The notes beneath the pieces are model-generated. The model was not told the origin of the DNA, did not search any database, and saw nothing but the letters and a program-made list of their open reading frames with translations. From Eledone cirrhosa (taxonomy: Eukaryota), in contig OZ024740.1 in the NCBI GenBank assembly GCA_964016885.1, forward strand, positions 343,790,001-343,854,000: a stretch of 64,000 nt of DNA, given 5' to 3'. The position numbers were made by a program, and so were the translations under genes. Shown in pieces: positions 41,400 to 55,261 of the stretch (the stretch's first letter is position 1; every line of letters begins with the position of its first letter).

Positions 41400-42130
41400 A
41401 GGCTCATTGAATAAGTCCATGCCCATCATTCATCCTCCTGAAAGTTAGCCGAAGGATAATAGTAAGCATTATTAAATGAAATAACATCTGGTCAATAATA
41501 ATATTGAAATATTCTGCTGCACCTTCTTTGATATAATTCATCACGAATTATTAGCTCTCCCAAGAAAACGATTGTGTATGTGGAATATTCATTTTTACAA
41601 TATTACACTAGGGCATTATATGACTAGAGGATTATTTTCTACAAAAATAAAAAAATGAGGAGAAGCAGCCAGGAACATCAATGTTGAATATAAAAATATA
41701 ATATAAGATTAAAAACAAACGAAGTAAGTCAAACGCTGGGAAAAATATGGAAAGAATTGTTGCTTGAAAACTTTCTGCGCTTAATAAATGTAGTAGGATA
41801 AAAACCATAAGATTAGTTGAACAAAAAATAGACTAAAATGGAAACAGAAATTCTTATCATGATTGCATACGAAGAAACATTTAACAGAAACTTTGTTAAA
41901 ATAAAAATTGATACCCAGCAATATTGTAAGGTGTCAAATTGTTAAAGAAAATAGACAATGGCGTCAATCATTTAGTGTGTGAATATAACAGGATGACACA
42001 AACAGAGACAAAAGAAAACATGACGTGTGATTAGAAAATAAACGGCATTGGTTGTAATTATAGAAATCAGATTAAAATTCAATGTAAAATGGTACCAACG
42101 ACAGCGAGAATTATTGCAATCTACCATTGT
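41400..42130 (+). mobile_element. Highly decayed R4/Dong-like LINE fragment
   Basis: Remnants ETEILIMIA, KIKID, NHLVCE..R and KENMT resemble ETE..I.AAQ...KID...C..C...HI.SEC..LAQ.EY..RHD. Confidence 0.45.
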
Positions 42131-42619
42131 GAGATATTAGACATTTTCTGGCTGTCCAATTGCCAGTGTAATGGAAACCCGGTGACTAGATGTTCCATAA
42201 CAAACAACAACAATATGTAAAATCATAGATATCTCAAAATCATACGATAGGAGCGTCGATACAATGAAAATTGATATCAACGTCAGCCAGAAATAACTAT
42301 TGAAATCTACTATTGTGAGATTATGGACTTTGTCTCGGCAACTAGATATTACCAACAAAAAATTGTAATAACATAGATTTTCCTAAACTATATGATACGA
42401 GAGTCAATACAATATGAATATAACAGATTGTAATTAAGTCTCACCCTAATGGTAATGGTTTCAAATTTAGGCACGTGAACAACAAATTAGGAGAGTGGGA
42501 AAAGTCGACTGAATAACCTACTACTTGATTCGATGAAAGGCACATTCTACTGGAATGGAACTTGAACTTACAATTTAAAAGGATATAATACTGAAATTTC
42601 AGTTGCAGCTAGTGCAGAC

Positions 42620-43085
42620 ACACTACCTTGTTCGTTACCTTGTCCAAGTTCCTTTTCACCAGATTCCGTTCAACTTAACTGGTCCGTCTGTCCGGCATCC
42701 CTCGACGCTGTTGAACACCATGGATTTGCGATTCTAGGTACTGAGCTGCAACCCATCGACCTGTCGGGATTAAGTTTTACTCCCATCAATACTCATTTAG
42801 GAAGGAATTGGCTACCTCAATTTCCGAGGTGGTCGACACCATCACCGTGATATCGTCTGCATATGCCGACGCAGCCCTTCCACGTCCCGGTTCGGGCGGT
42901 ATGCACTTCAACAGCTCCAGCTTCAAAAGTAGTAAATAAAGTGTCAACATATACAGAATGGTGGAGAGACACTTCCCACGGGTGGCTATTTATTATGACA
43001 ACCGAGCAGATACCGCTGTGTATTGCAAAGATCCAACCTCTGAGGACGGGATCAAAGCCGGCTGCTCTAAGGACAACCTTCAATT
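42620..43085 (-). mobile_element. Decayed Tx1 RT fragment related to the intact element
   Basis: Homologous to ~20460-20960 (GGTCCGTCTGTCC, GAGCTGCAA, TTCCGAGGTG, VLRAAGFDPVLRGWI). Confidence 0.8.
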
Positions 43086-43410
43086 CAATCAAACATAAAA
43101 AAAATCATTCAGATATAATTAAGTAAAGATAATAATTCTGATTCCACTCAATTAAAAAATAAATTCCACAGTAAATGAGGGCAACTTTATGTAATCTCAG
43201 TCGCTAAACGGCAATTTAAATCGACATAAGCTCCGGTTTGATATGCCTCTAAGCTTGAAAGAGTCGTTGATTTCATATCTATTGTTCAAAAGTTTTATAG
43301 AATTAATATCCAACACCATTGAATATGGGATCTCGTATCTTTCAAAAGGACAGTTATTTTTTTATTTATGTAAGGAGAAATGTACAGTAAAGGTATTCCC
43401 GAAATAATCC

Positions 43411-43602
43411 AATAATTGTTTCTACTTTAGGCACAAGGCCAGCAATTACCCAGTGCATTACTGGTACTTTATTTTATCGACCCCGTAAGGATGAAAGGCA
43501 AAGTCAACCTCGGCGGGATTTGAACTCAGATCGTAAAGGGACGTAACTATGCTGGAAAGCATGGCGTCCGACCCTCTACCGATACTGCCATTCCACCGCC
43601 CT
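43411..43602 (-). mobile_element. Full-length short-form SINE with 13-bp TSD ATAATCCAATAAT
   Basis: TSD at 43404-43416 and 43603-43615. A and B boxes intact. Confidence 0.93.
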
Positions 43603-44149
43603 ATAATCCAATAATATTACTAATTTTCACGCGAGAAGTATGAACGGTACAATTTCCATCTTCATTCAACCACCAGTATAATACGTTTTATGAAGTCAAC
43701 AGACATAATTTGTTTTACTGTATACAGAAAATGACCTAGGTTGCCTTTCAGCATACCACTGAGCCAATTCAGAAACTCGGTTTCGATTATCGTTGATGTT
43801 ATTCTACTTCAACAATGTTACACATATGGTTATAAAAGGCATGACTGTCACAAGTTTTCGTTTCCCTTTTCGCAATAATCTGAGACCATTGTGAGACTGT
43901 AATTATTTTTTCAGTGTATGAGTACATTATGAATGTATTAATGTAATGTATCAATGCATTCATTTTTTTTTGTATTTCCGTTAAGACAATACATCCTACG
44001 GACGTCATAATGTATATATGGTATATATCATTTTTTGTCATTATTGTTCTTTTTCGTCTGTGTATTTTCGAAATAGCATCATGCCTTATATCAAATTAGT
44101 ATCCTGCAAACATATTGACGACATCTGATCATGGGAATGGCGATAATGC

Positions 44150-44190
<41 letters not shown>

Positions 44191-44643
44191 GTGATAATAA
44201 TAAAATGAAGGTAATAATGTGACGAGGAAAACGGTGATGGCGATGAAAATGTTGACAATGTAGTTGGTAATGCTCGTGAGGAGGACGAAGATAATGGTGA
44301 TGATGATGATGATGATTATGCTGCTGCTGCTGATGATGATGATGAGCATGATAATGGTGAGTTTGGTGATGGTAGGCTGTTTCTAGTGGTCGTCGTAAAT
44401 ACCGTGGTGATTATACTTGTATCTTTGTTATCGATTTGACACAATTGCCACCCGAAGAAATATGTGAATACATATTAATTTCTTTAGGGCAATGTTGTAT
44501 TGTGTTGGTAACTAAGAAAATAGATTAACGGGTCTACATGCATTAGAATCCCTGTCAATTCCGACTTCAAATTCCGTCACCTCGCCGGAATTTCAAAAGA
44601 AAATTACCCACACACATACACTTATATGTGTATAGAATCTCCC

Positions 44644-44706
<63 letters not shown>

Positions 44707-45168
44707 CATAGATGCACACACAAACACACACATATCTATGTGTTTATATATATATATATATATATACCCCGTCCAAACCCATGCAAGCGTGGAACACGGA
44801 CGCTAAACCTGATGATGATGATGATGATGATATATATATATACAAATATATATATATACATATACAGCCACGTATAAACACACACATATATGCGTGCGTG
44901 TATATGCACATGTATGACTATCATATCTATCTAAGCACGACTGGAAAAGACTGTGTGTTTCCCGGAACGCCGTGCTTGATCCTAAATCCTCGGGGACAGC
45001 ACCACTTCTAAATGATGAAGGATCAACGCCTCTCACAGATGGCGAAATGGACAGAAGACTTCAACAGAGTCCTGAAGCAGCCATCAACAATAAATGAATC
45101 TACAAACCCTCAAAACACCCACGCACACATACACCCGCACACACACACATATGTGCATATATATATAT

Positions 45169-45212
<44 letters not shown>

Positions 45213-45280
45213 GCGCATACACGTATATAGAAAGAGCGGTGCGTGTATATATATAAGAATCATAAAGAATATTAAAAATA

Positions 45281-45469
45281 ATTGTTTCTACTTTAGGCAC
45301 AAGGCCAGCAAATTACCCAGTGCATTACTGGTACTTTATTTTATCGACCCCGTAAGGATGAAAGGCAAAGTCAACCTCGGCGGGATTTGAACTCAGATCG
45401 TAAAGGGACGTAACTATGCTGGAAAGCATGGCGTCCGACCCTCTACCGATACTGCCAATCCACCGCCCT
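45281..45469 (-). mobile_element. Full-length short-form SINE with 13-bp TSD TATTAAAAATAAT
   Basis: TSD at 45270-45282 and 45470-45482. Nearly identical to the 43.4 kb copy. Confidence 0.93.
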
Positions 45470-46029
45470 TATTAAAAATAATGGGTAGCAAAAGTTGACT
45501 AGGCCTCAATTCAGGAGTAGTGTGGAAATACGTTATTCTACTGAAATGCAAGATAATTTGGACTTCTTAAATTTGCTTCGGGGACATAAAATAAAGCTTG
45601 TAAACACATGTGCATCATTATTATTTTCATTAGATGGAGCTAGCTCAGAGACGAGGTAAGAGATTTAATGTGAAGCATCATTCAAGTCATTGACGAGCAG
45701 GATGGTAATCGATTAAGTAGCGATTGACGACGAATTTGAATCTATGACATTGGTCAGAGTCACATAGTTCCGAAAATAAAAAAAGAAACAAATGATAAAA
45801 TCTCTAGATTTGATAATCATAATTGAAATTCAAAAAAAGATGTAAACGTACATACATACATGATGGCTGCAAACTCACGCTAAGACCATTGCAATCACAT
45901 GTCAGATTCAGATGTGTGACGCTCGGATATGGCTTTTCAAGCCTGCTAGAGACTTGCACTCCTTCGCATACTAACGAAAATTATAGATTTCCCTGGCCTC
46001 AGGTCTTGCATGAGATTAGTTACCTGTGA

Positions 46030-46412
46030 ACCTTCACAATAACCTATGTATCATAATTCACTGGTTCTCTCTGAACATGGCTGCGACTGTGGCTCCTGAG
46101 ACCCGATCTACTCCATCAAATCTTTCCACACTCAGGGCCCACCAATTCAATCGAAACACCGATCTATTCGAGAAATACACCAGGGCATTGCTTACGCACA
46201 TCCCGTTTAATCTGCTCGTGCTCTATGCGTCTGTTCTCAAAATTAAGGACCCCATCATTCACCATTCCACGCCAAGTTTCTCTTTCAAGAGCTTCTATCC
46301 CCCAGTCAGCCACAATCAAACCAGTTCTTTGCAGTGAGTCCTTTACACAATCTTTGAACCGGAGCTTTGGCTTGTGAGGTGATCTCGTACGTTTACAAAA
46401 CTCGCCATACAA
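46030..46412 (-). mobile_element. RTE/BovB-like LINE 3' fragment
   Basis: LYGE...PKLRFKDCVKDSL...WGIEALERETWRGMVNDGVLNFE. Confidence 0.7.
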
Positions 46413-46429
46413 ACGTTGTATACATATAT

Positions 46430-46880
46430 GCATACATACTAATGAGAAATCTGCAGATACTCCACCCTGACTATACCTTCGGATTTATGCCTGCGATTAT
46501 TGGGGCACTGGGATATGTTAGTCACTGCCTCAACACAAATCTTGAGAAGCTGGGGTTCATAGAAACAGAAAGAACACGACTAGTTAGAAATTTACAAGTA
46601 CAATCCATTAATGGAACAGTAAAAATATGTAAAACATTCCCAAAATTCTGCATCTATTAACTGCATATACACTTGTACAGATACAAATCATATGCACATG
46701 CAGACTACAACTCAAATCATACACATCCACATATACAATAACATCCATACCTGCACACACATGCATACATATCTACCTAGTTGATGTTGTGTAAATTCCA
46801 ATGAGAGAGTCTTGTAACTATGCTAGAAACCGACTCTTTCTCTATTGGCAAAAATTGTGAATTACAAAACAGAAGAATAT
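46430..46880 (+). mobile_element. RLE-type LINE C-terminus and 3' end (NeSL/R4-like)
   Basis: LMRNLQILHPDYTFGFMPAIIGALGYV...LEKLGF...GTVKICKTF. Confidence 0.6.
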
Positions 46881-47224
46881 ACATACATGGTGGCTGCCAA
46901 CTCGTTTTCGAGTACGGCCACTACTTTATATCCATGTAGGAGAACCCCTACCGATGCGCTGAACGAGTGTGACTTTTTAGTCCAGCCAACGACTTGAAAA
47001 CTCTGGTACAAACACTACACTTGTGACAATTATTGACACATAGTGCTGGGCCCATGGTACCATGTGACGACAAGTGCAGAGAGATCTCCAGATATAAAGC
47101 AATGTCTGTGCCGTGAAGCTTTAATAGTGAGCAAAGGCACTTCCCAAAGCCAGTCCCACTCTCTTAACCAAGATGATATTTACCAAAAAGAAGAACAAGT
47201 CAACATCATTGGATACCATCAGGG

Positions 47225-47480
47225 TTGCAGGTGTTATATCAGAGTTTGCCTTCTCCTAGAATTCTGCTTTGACAAAGGCTAATATGTCAGGTCACCAGTT
47301 GGTGCTACTGGTAACATATATCCCAGTACAACCTGTCTCATGGACGGGTCGTTGGCGACTAAACTGGCAACCCCACCATGGTTTCTTGGTGAGGAGGGTG
47401 ACTTTGGACATCCTGCAAGACTAAAAACAAAACCTGTCAAAGGGCAAAGGAGCTCTTAAGAGTCAATGGCCATCCACAAT
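47225..47480 (-). mobile_element. RTE-like 5'UTR repeat; an opposite-orientation homolog lies at 48417-48595
   Basis: Shared GGATGGCC.TTGACTCT, CAGGATGTCCAAA, CACCCTCCTCAC, TTTAGTCGCC, CAGGTTGTACTGGG, CCAGTAGCAC. Confidence 0.55.
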
Positions 47481-47514
47481 CACCGGGAGAGATGACATAC
47501 GTACATACATATAT

Positions 47515-47705
47515 AATTGTTTCTACTTTGGGCACAAGGCCAGTAATTATCCAGTGCATTACTGGTACTTTATTTTATCGACCCCTGTAAAGATGAAAGT
47601 CAAAGTTAACCTCGGCGGGTTTTGAACTCAGAATGATAAGGGCCGTAACTCTATGCGTCAAAGCATGGCGCCCGATCCTCTACCGATACTGCCAATCCAC
47701 CGCCT
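47515..47705 (-). mobile_element. SINE, short form
   Basis: Head, core and tail present. Confidence 0.9.
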
Positions 47706-48999
47706 AATGGCAGCATCTCAGTTTCGAGAATTGCCAATCCTTGTAATGGGTGGCAGGAACATAACATGTTAACCCTTCCTAGGACTTAGATTCCCTTTCG
47801 CATATGCTGTTGTGAAATAAAAAAGGAAAAGGCCATGCTCACGGAACACATGTGAAATTTAAGTGTAGAAAGACCCTCCAGTGGACCACTCCCACTCTCT
47901 GAATAATGATAACAGGTATCTGAAAATAAGAACAGGTCAAATTTATTGGCTGTCATCGAATCTCAGGTTTTACATGAGAGTTTTCCTTCTAGAATTATGT
48001 CCTAACAAAACCCTGAGGTGTTTCACTCTTGGTGGGATAACATCTATGTATCTATGTATGCATGCATACATACATACATGATGGATGCAAACTCTGCTAA
48101 GAGTACTGCAATCGCTTGTCAGATTATAGAGTTTGGTGCACTTTTAGGCTACGGCCAGTCACACAAACCTATAACATATCCTGAACAAGCAATGCTTGCG
48201 CGTTGAAGGTTTTTTAAGTGGGGAAAGGCTTTTCGTTCGACCAATCCCACTCGCTGAGCATCGAAAACACTACCCCAAAAGGAGAACTGGTCAACATCAT
48301 CGGATGCTCCCGAAGCCGCAGGTTTATTTTTTTCAGAGTTTCTCTCTCTTAGAGAGGTGTTGTGACAACAACTGGGGGCCTTTCACTCCCGGGTTGAAAA
48401 AAAAAAAAGTACTATTTGGATGGCCGTTGACTCTGTTGAGTTCCTCTGCCCTTTGCCGGGTCTTTTATTTCACCCCACAGGATGTCCAAATATCACCCTC
48501 CTCACTAAGCAAGCCTGGTAGGGTTGCCGATTTAGTCGCCGACGACGACCATGAGGCAGGTTGTACTGGGTTACATGTTGCCAGTAGCACTCGAAAGCGA
48601 CCATACATACATACATACATACATACATACATACATACAAACATACATACATACACATATACATCAAAAATAAAATCACAATTTATCGAAAGAGAGAACA
48701 TACATATATTCAACTACCCCTCTATAATATACTATGTACACTATTCGTTAATCTAAGATCTTCAGAGGTTTCCTAAACTCATTAATATTGATAACGCTGT
48801 TCTCAAATTTCTATTTTTCTGAGAAGTTAATTGAAATAATATTATCTGTCTATACTTTTTAATACACAAACACTTATACGGTGTACATTATTTGCCAAGA
48901 TTATATATTTTGAAACTATAATTTGTACACCTATAAAAAAATAATAACATTCGGCTATGTAATATATAAATTTCATCTAACCAATAATATATTCGACAC

Positions 49000-49098
<99 letters not shown>

Positions 49099-49520
49099 AG
49101 ATTATGCATGTATGTATACATTTTCGTATATGTGTATGTGCGTTTGATGTATTTGTACGTGTAAGCACTACACTTTAAATTTAGATATCAACACTATATA
49201 TTTTATTATCCTTTTTATTGCTATATTACAATTTTAAATAGTTACCTATATTAATCTACTGCGCTTCAGCTGTAGTCATCTTTGAACTTACAATAAACAA
49301 TACACACTCACACACCATATATATATATATATATAGGAGAGAGAGAGAGAGAGGGGGGGGGGCACAGTCGTAAACGAGTTGAATATCCGCTGAGGGAAAC
49401 GTGCGTCCTCGATTATGCTTTACTCGATTATGCGTCCACGAGTCAAGATTTTTTTCTCTGTTTTCCCTCCTTATAGCCGATTGGATTGTGTCTACCACCA
49501 TTCCTTTATTATATATGCAA

Positions 49521-49584
49521 TATACACCTGATGAGGTCACTAGGATCCTACGTAACCTGGCCACTGAAATATATATAAGGTATA
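49521..49584 (+). ncRNA. Degenerate type I hammerhead motif
   Basis: TATAC-AC-CTGATGA-GGT..CTAGG/CCTGG..ACT-GAAA-TATATA-TA^AG-GTATA. Two core-proximal stem I mismatches. Confidence 0.45.
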
Positions 49585-49696
49585 AATAGACGTCTTTGAA
49601 GCGCTCCTACTAATCTGTCAAGATTCAGGTGTCCAAAAACACACACACGCACACACACGCGCGCGCGCGCACACACACACACACACACACTCACAC

Positions 49697-49736
<40 letters not shown>

Positions 49737-50250
49737 GGAGAGAGATGACGGGTGAGAGACAGAGAGTGTCTGTGTGTGTGTGTATGTGTATTTAAAGTTC
49801 GTGCTGCGGTGACCCGGGAGACTACAAATAGGGGTAGTGTTCTATGTATAGAAAAGAACTGAATATGTATAAAAGAAGATAAAACCTGACTGAGATGGGT
49901 AGCGGGTTCGGCTTGAGAAGGTTTGCTACATACAAGCCGAAACCGCTAGACGCCATGGTCATTTTTTTAAACCTTCGTTTATATTTAAACTATAATAAAG
50001 TAAGGAGCGCGGGACTGCGTACGGATCATAATTTTTTATCCCATTAGTAAAATAAGTTGGATTAATTTGAATAAATAATGAATGAATATTACATAATTTA
50101 TCTACTAAATTTCTTGGCTGTTGATTAAATATATTTTGTTTATTTAAAGATTCACTTCTTTAAAATTTCTTAAATGTCAACACTTCCGGTTGGCCAACGC
50201 TTAAATAAACATACTAATTTTCTGTCACTAATTTTCTCTTAATGTAGTTT

Positions 50251-50463
50251 ATATATAATATCGTCTTTTTTAATGTATCATGGATTACGTTACTGATTAA
50301 ATAAGAGAGTGTAACGCAGTCTTCGTTCAATTTCTGTGTATATTGTCAGTTACAATTTTATTTGATGTACCATATCTTCATGTATATATACTTGCGTATA
50401 ATATCAATATACCCACTACACATGCCAGCAGAAAACCACCCGAAGGGTGGTTTTTCTGCTAGT
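50251..50463 (+). mobile_element. Repeat ending in a strong hairpin and CTAG|T (possible non-autonomous Helitron 3' end)
   Basis: AGCAGAAAACCACCC-GAA-GGGTGGTTTTTCTGCTAG then T. Second copy at 40563-40777. Confidence 0.45.
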
Positions 50464-50516
50464 TATATATAAAGATGTATTCACATAAAAATATATGCAT
50501 TTATGTTCTCTACGTG

Positions 50517-50556
<40 letters not shown>

Positions 50557-51409
50557 ATAGGGAGAAAAAGGCGATTATTAGAACACGTAGGAAACATAAA
50601 TGCATATGTTTTATGTGCACACATCTTTCTTAATAATGCGTAACATAATTACATCAAAAACCACAATATATGAAATGAAATTAAAAATATATATTTATAT
50701 ATATAACAAACGGAATAAACATTGCTAATGGCACTGGTAGAATATAATGTATATTTTCTTAATTACCAATTACCAAAGACAAAAACAAAACAAAACAAAA
50801 CGACGACACAAAAACAAATGACAACAAAATAATTATCAAAGAAGACATACACACACATGCTTACAAATCACTTTTACTCACTTAGACACAGCCTTTACAC
50901 ACATGTAGGACAATGATGTCAAACTGGAAACGATCCCCTGGCATTTCGTTTTATTTCCTGTTTCGTTTATCTCAGAGTCTGCATTCATTTGGAACAGGTG
51001 AAAATGAAATAATTTCTTTTGCTCACTTTATATTTGAATGGTTGATAAACAAACACACGTCACGCACTCACCACACACATACATATGTTAGAGTTAGGGT
51101 TATATATATTATATATACGTACATAGACTTTCCTTTAAGCAAATTCCCTATTGTTTCAAGAAGCTGAAACTCCAGCATTGAGAGAATGCGTTGTAAATAT
51201 TTTTCTTTAATTTTCTGTCATCGACGCTTATATTTTTTTAAATCCCAGTTCTTGCTCCCCCCCCCCCCCCCCTGTATCTATCTCTCTCCCTCCACCTCTC
51301 TCTCTCTTACACATATACACACACACTCTGTATATATATAATGCATATATATTTATATATATGTAATATAATGTACATATATCTATACATATTAAAAACA
51401 ATATATGTA

Positions 51410-51452
<43 letters not shown>

Positions 51453-51478
51453 GTACTTTCACACAAGAACACTCATAA

Positions 51479-51534
<56 letters not shown>

Positions 51535-52699
51535 CAATCTATGAACCTTTCATTGTGAATGGTAATCGCTTGTCCCATTCTCCTTCCTAGCTTCCGCTTG
51601 TTTTCTTTCTTTCTCCCCCACCGCCTTCTCTCTCTCTTTCTGTATTTGTCTGTTTTTTCGTTCGTACTTATTCACACACTAATTATGTATATTTTCTTCA
51701 CACTCACACAATCAGTAATTTCATACCTCTCCCTGCATTCAATTTCGCTCCTCGATTCATGTTGGTTTCAATATCCACTCGCATTTACACATTTACACCT
51801 TCCACGATATCACACAGGTTCTCACAATTACATCAATAGCTATTTATTATTATAATGATGTATGGATTTTGATTTATGTTTGTACGAGTTGACTCTAAGT
51901 CTCCCTCAGAGACCTCAAGAGACAGCATGTTTTAAGTTTATGTGGACATTATGACTAGAATGGTTGATAACTGCCATGGTTTGGGGGATGAATGTATTTC
52001 GGTGATAGGGAAACGTGTTGTAATCGTGTTCCTTTGGTACTTAAGAAGTATTGTTCTAAAAAATGCCTGTCAAACAAGAAAATTAAAAGTTTGTTTAAAA
52101 GTAGCTTGGTGCTAATATGATGGAATGGCAATAAAATAACGACAAAATGCATTTGCAATTATCTATATTTAAAAGTACTTTTGATATGTGAAAAATATTG
52201 TTTTGGAATTACATAGTATTTTTAATCGGATAATATCAATCCATTTGAGTACTATTTGCTGACTTTATTCCAGTTTTGGATTCCCTGGGATTTGAGGTAG
52301 ATGATAATAAGCCCCCTTCCCCATTATTCCTCAATCACTTACAGCTATTGGTATTGGTCTGGTCCTGTGTTTCCACATGTTGCTAATGTCTATCTATTTC
52401 AAGATCTTTGTGCATACCCAATTTTTATTAGATACATTTATATCAATTGAGTCAGTCATGGCGATGATGAGGAGGTATGATTTTTCACTGAGCTCCTTCA
52501 ATATAATATCTAGCATATTTCTATCTTTTTGTCGTTTTCAACTGGAAAGTTCCGTAGGAGTGAGATATGAACCATTTCAAGCACTGGGTGTGTTTTGTGT
52601 TTTCTCCACTTTTTATAGTCTGCTGCTCCCGTCCCTTAAGATTTTAGCTCGATAGTTTAAACTACGTTGGCATATAGATAGTTTCATATATGATAGTTT

Positions 52700-55245
52700 C
52701 ATATGGGTGGGCTTTTTTAATAAGCCCTTTTCTCTGATTTTAAGCCTGAGGACGCTAACCAGAGTTGGGTAGGTGTTTTCTCAACATCAGCATTGTTATG
52801 TTTCTTTGGTTATTTACCATTTGCTGGCAAGATTATTTAAAGTTGCATTTGTAGTATGAGTTTCGTGTGCTTAACTTTTTCAGTGCTTGTTCTTAGTTCA
52901 TCTGATTCTAGAACTTCTTGGCTTTGGAATTCATTTACATATTTTCTTGCCTCTTTTATTACTGAATATAATTTTGGCTGTTTTCGTGCTTTAAAACAAG
53001 TTTTAGCATCCAGTCATCAGAGTATTTCCTGACAATTTTCAGTGACAATTCAAGTTGGAAGAGTCCAGTTTCCCTTTCTTCTGGGTAAGTAAAGTCGTTC
53101 TGTCTACTTCAGGCTGATGTATTCTAGTCATTGTCAACAATTTCCGAATTCTTCTGCCAAGTTCACAGATTTTAGCACTTGACCAGTCAATAATGTTGAA
53201 ACTATAAATTACAACCGGTATGGCTAAATGCTTCAGACCTGTTTCTTGTATTTAGCTCTGTCTAAAGCATTTTTCTCTAATCTTTACTTACCTTATGGAC
53301 TCACCTTATGAAAGCATTCTTCTCTACACTTTGAGTGGTAAATTCTTTCGTCTTCATATACCCCAAATATTTGTAACCCGCCTCTGGTTCTAACTCTTTT
53401 ATAGCAGTTTGTTGATCAATTCCCACGCTGTTTGTTTTGGACCGTTTCCCTCTGATCAATATCACTTTTGTGCAAGGCCAACTTCCTAACGTTGTCACTA
53501 AGTTATTTTACAACTGATAGTAGACCTTGCAGTTGCTGGATGTTATTGGTATTCGGATAACATGCTGCACGGCACATAATTACGGCCTGTTACGTTCTGA
53601 GTTCAAATCCCGCCGAGGTTAGCTTTGCTTTTCATCCTTACGAGCTCGATAAAATAAAGTACCTGTAACGCACTAGGGTGTCTTTCCCCTCCCCCCAAAT
53701 TGTTGTCCTCGTATCTAAATCAGAAACCATTGTTGATGTTGGTGGATTGATAGTATCTATAGAGCGTCGTACAAACATACCTAGCTTGCACAGCCGAGGT
53801 TAACTTTGCCTTTCATCCTTACGGGGTCGATAAAATAAAGTACCAGTAATGCACTGGTATGATTGCTGGTCTTGTACCAAAAGTAGAAACAATAATTAAG
53901 GCCTTTTACGTTCTGACTTCAAATCTGCTCTTGATAAAACTCCATATATTCTCTTCAACTTTTTTAATTTTCCGGATCTTACATTATTTTCAGAGATTAG
54001 TTCAGTTAATGTTGAGATTTCTCCTCTCATTATTTCAATCTCTCTTTCAACTTAATTTCTCCATTGTAGCCTTTTTTCTTCTTTCTTTTTCGGTGGCATA
54101 CATGTTGTTTCAATTACCCTAGCAGATGCATAAATAATTTCATTTAACTCAGTAAGATCAGGTTCCAATTCTTGTATGATTTCTTTTATTTACAAAGTTA
54201 CCAATTTTTCCTTATTTTTCGGGGTTTTTTTGGTTGGTATTAGAGAGTTTTTTAAGTGGTTATCTATCATTCATACTTGTATATCTTAAAACTGCTAGTT
54301 TAGTCAGAAATATTTGCTTCCCATCCATCATAGACCCTCTGTGTTCTTCAGAAAATACTTGATCTTTAAATTCTGTTTCTATTCCACGTTTCTTGTTATT
54401 TCTATCAGTTTGATTAGAATTTCTTACTTCTCCAATCCTTTGTCCGGTTTGGTCAGATGACAACCTTTCAATTAAGACATGTGGCTAGCTAGTCTCTTCG
54501 TCTGATTCTTCATTTCTTTCGTGTCATATATTAAGGCAATTTCTACTGTGTGCCTGATTGCAATGAATTCCGAATCTGTGAGTCTATAATTTCTGAAGAT
54601 ATCTAAACTCCTGCTAACCTACTTTCGTCCAAATAAGGTCTGTTATCTTGACTTAGTTTTCTTCATATTTTGAAAGAACTTGCAGTGTGTCTCTTGAGAT
54701 GGCTTAATTAATTGTTTCTACTTTTGGCACAAGGCCAGCAATTACCCAGTACATTACTGGTACTTTATTTTATCGACCCCATAAGGATGAAAGGCAAAGT
54801 TAACCTCGACGGGATTTGAACTCAGACCGTAAATGGACGTAACTATGCTCGAAAGCATGGCGTCCGACCCTCTACTGATACTGTCTATTCACCACCCTGG
54901 CTTAATTAATGCATAGTAATAAGCATACAACAGTTTTTATACGCTTCCAGGGTCCATTTGTTTTGTTTAGATTTCTCTTTATATGGTGGTTTTGGTGGTA
55001 AACTTACATCCCGGTTCATATTCGGAGAGGAATTTGTGTCAGTGGATTACTTTCCGACCCCAGGCTGGTCGCTTCTCGAGGGACGCGTTTCCTGATTGAT
55101 CATAGGACAAACGATTTGGTGTACTATTTACATTTTTGTTTTCCCTATGAAGCATTTTTGGCTTTAGAAGTCCACCTAGAGCTGCCCCAGTGCTCGCTGG
55201 GTAAAACGAGTTTTCGATAGGGAGCGCCCGGCCCTAGTTCCCAAT
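52700..55245 (-). mobile_element. Decayed R4/Dong-like LINE interrupted by three SINEs
   Basis: IKELEPEAGYKYLG and VIYSFNIIDW....LGRRIRKLLTM..IHQP motifs. SINEs at ~53540-53890 (+) and 54711-54897 (-). The upstream extent is uncertain. Confidence 0.6.
54711..54897 (-). mobile_element. Short-form SINE with 13-bp TSD TGGCTTAATTAAT
   Basis: TSD at 54700-54712 and 54898-54910. Confidence 0.92.
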
Positions 55246-55261
55246 AAAGAAATCATTATTA

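Noticed and set aside
43500-43602. tRNA gene, suggested by A and B boxes
   Set aside because: No complete cloverleaf. It is the head of a multi-copy SINE.
47300-48595. Inverted pair that could be the TIRs of a 1.3 kb DNA transposon
   Set aside because: The arms are quite diverged, no TSD or transposase is seen, and the sequence continues into an RTE-like 5'UTR. Two independent insertions are more likely.
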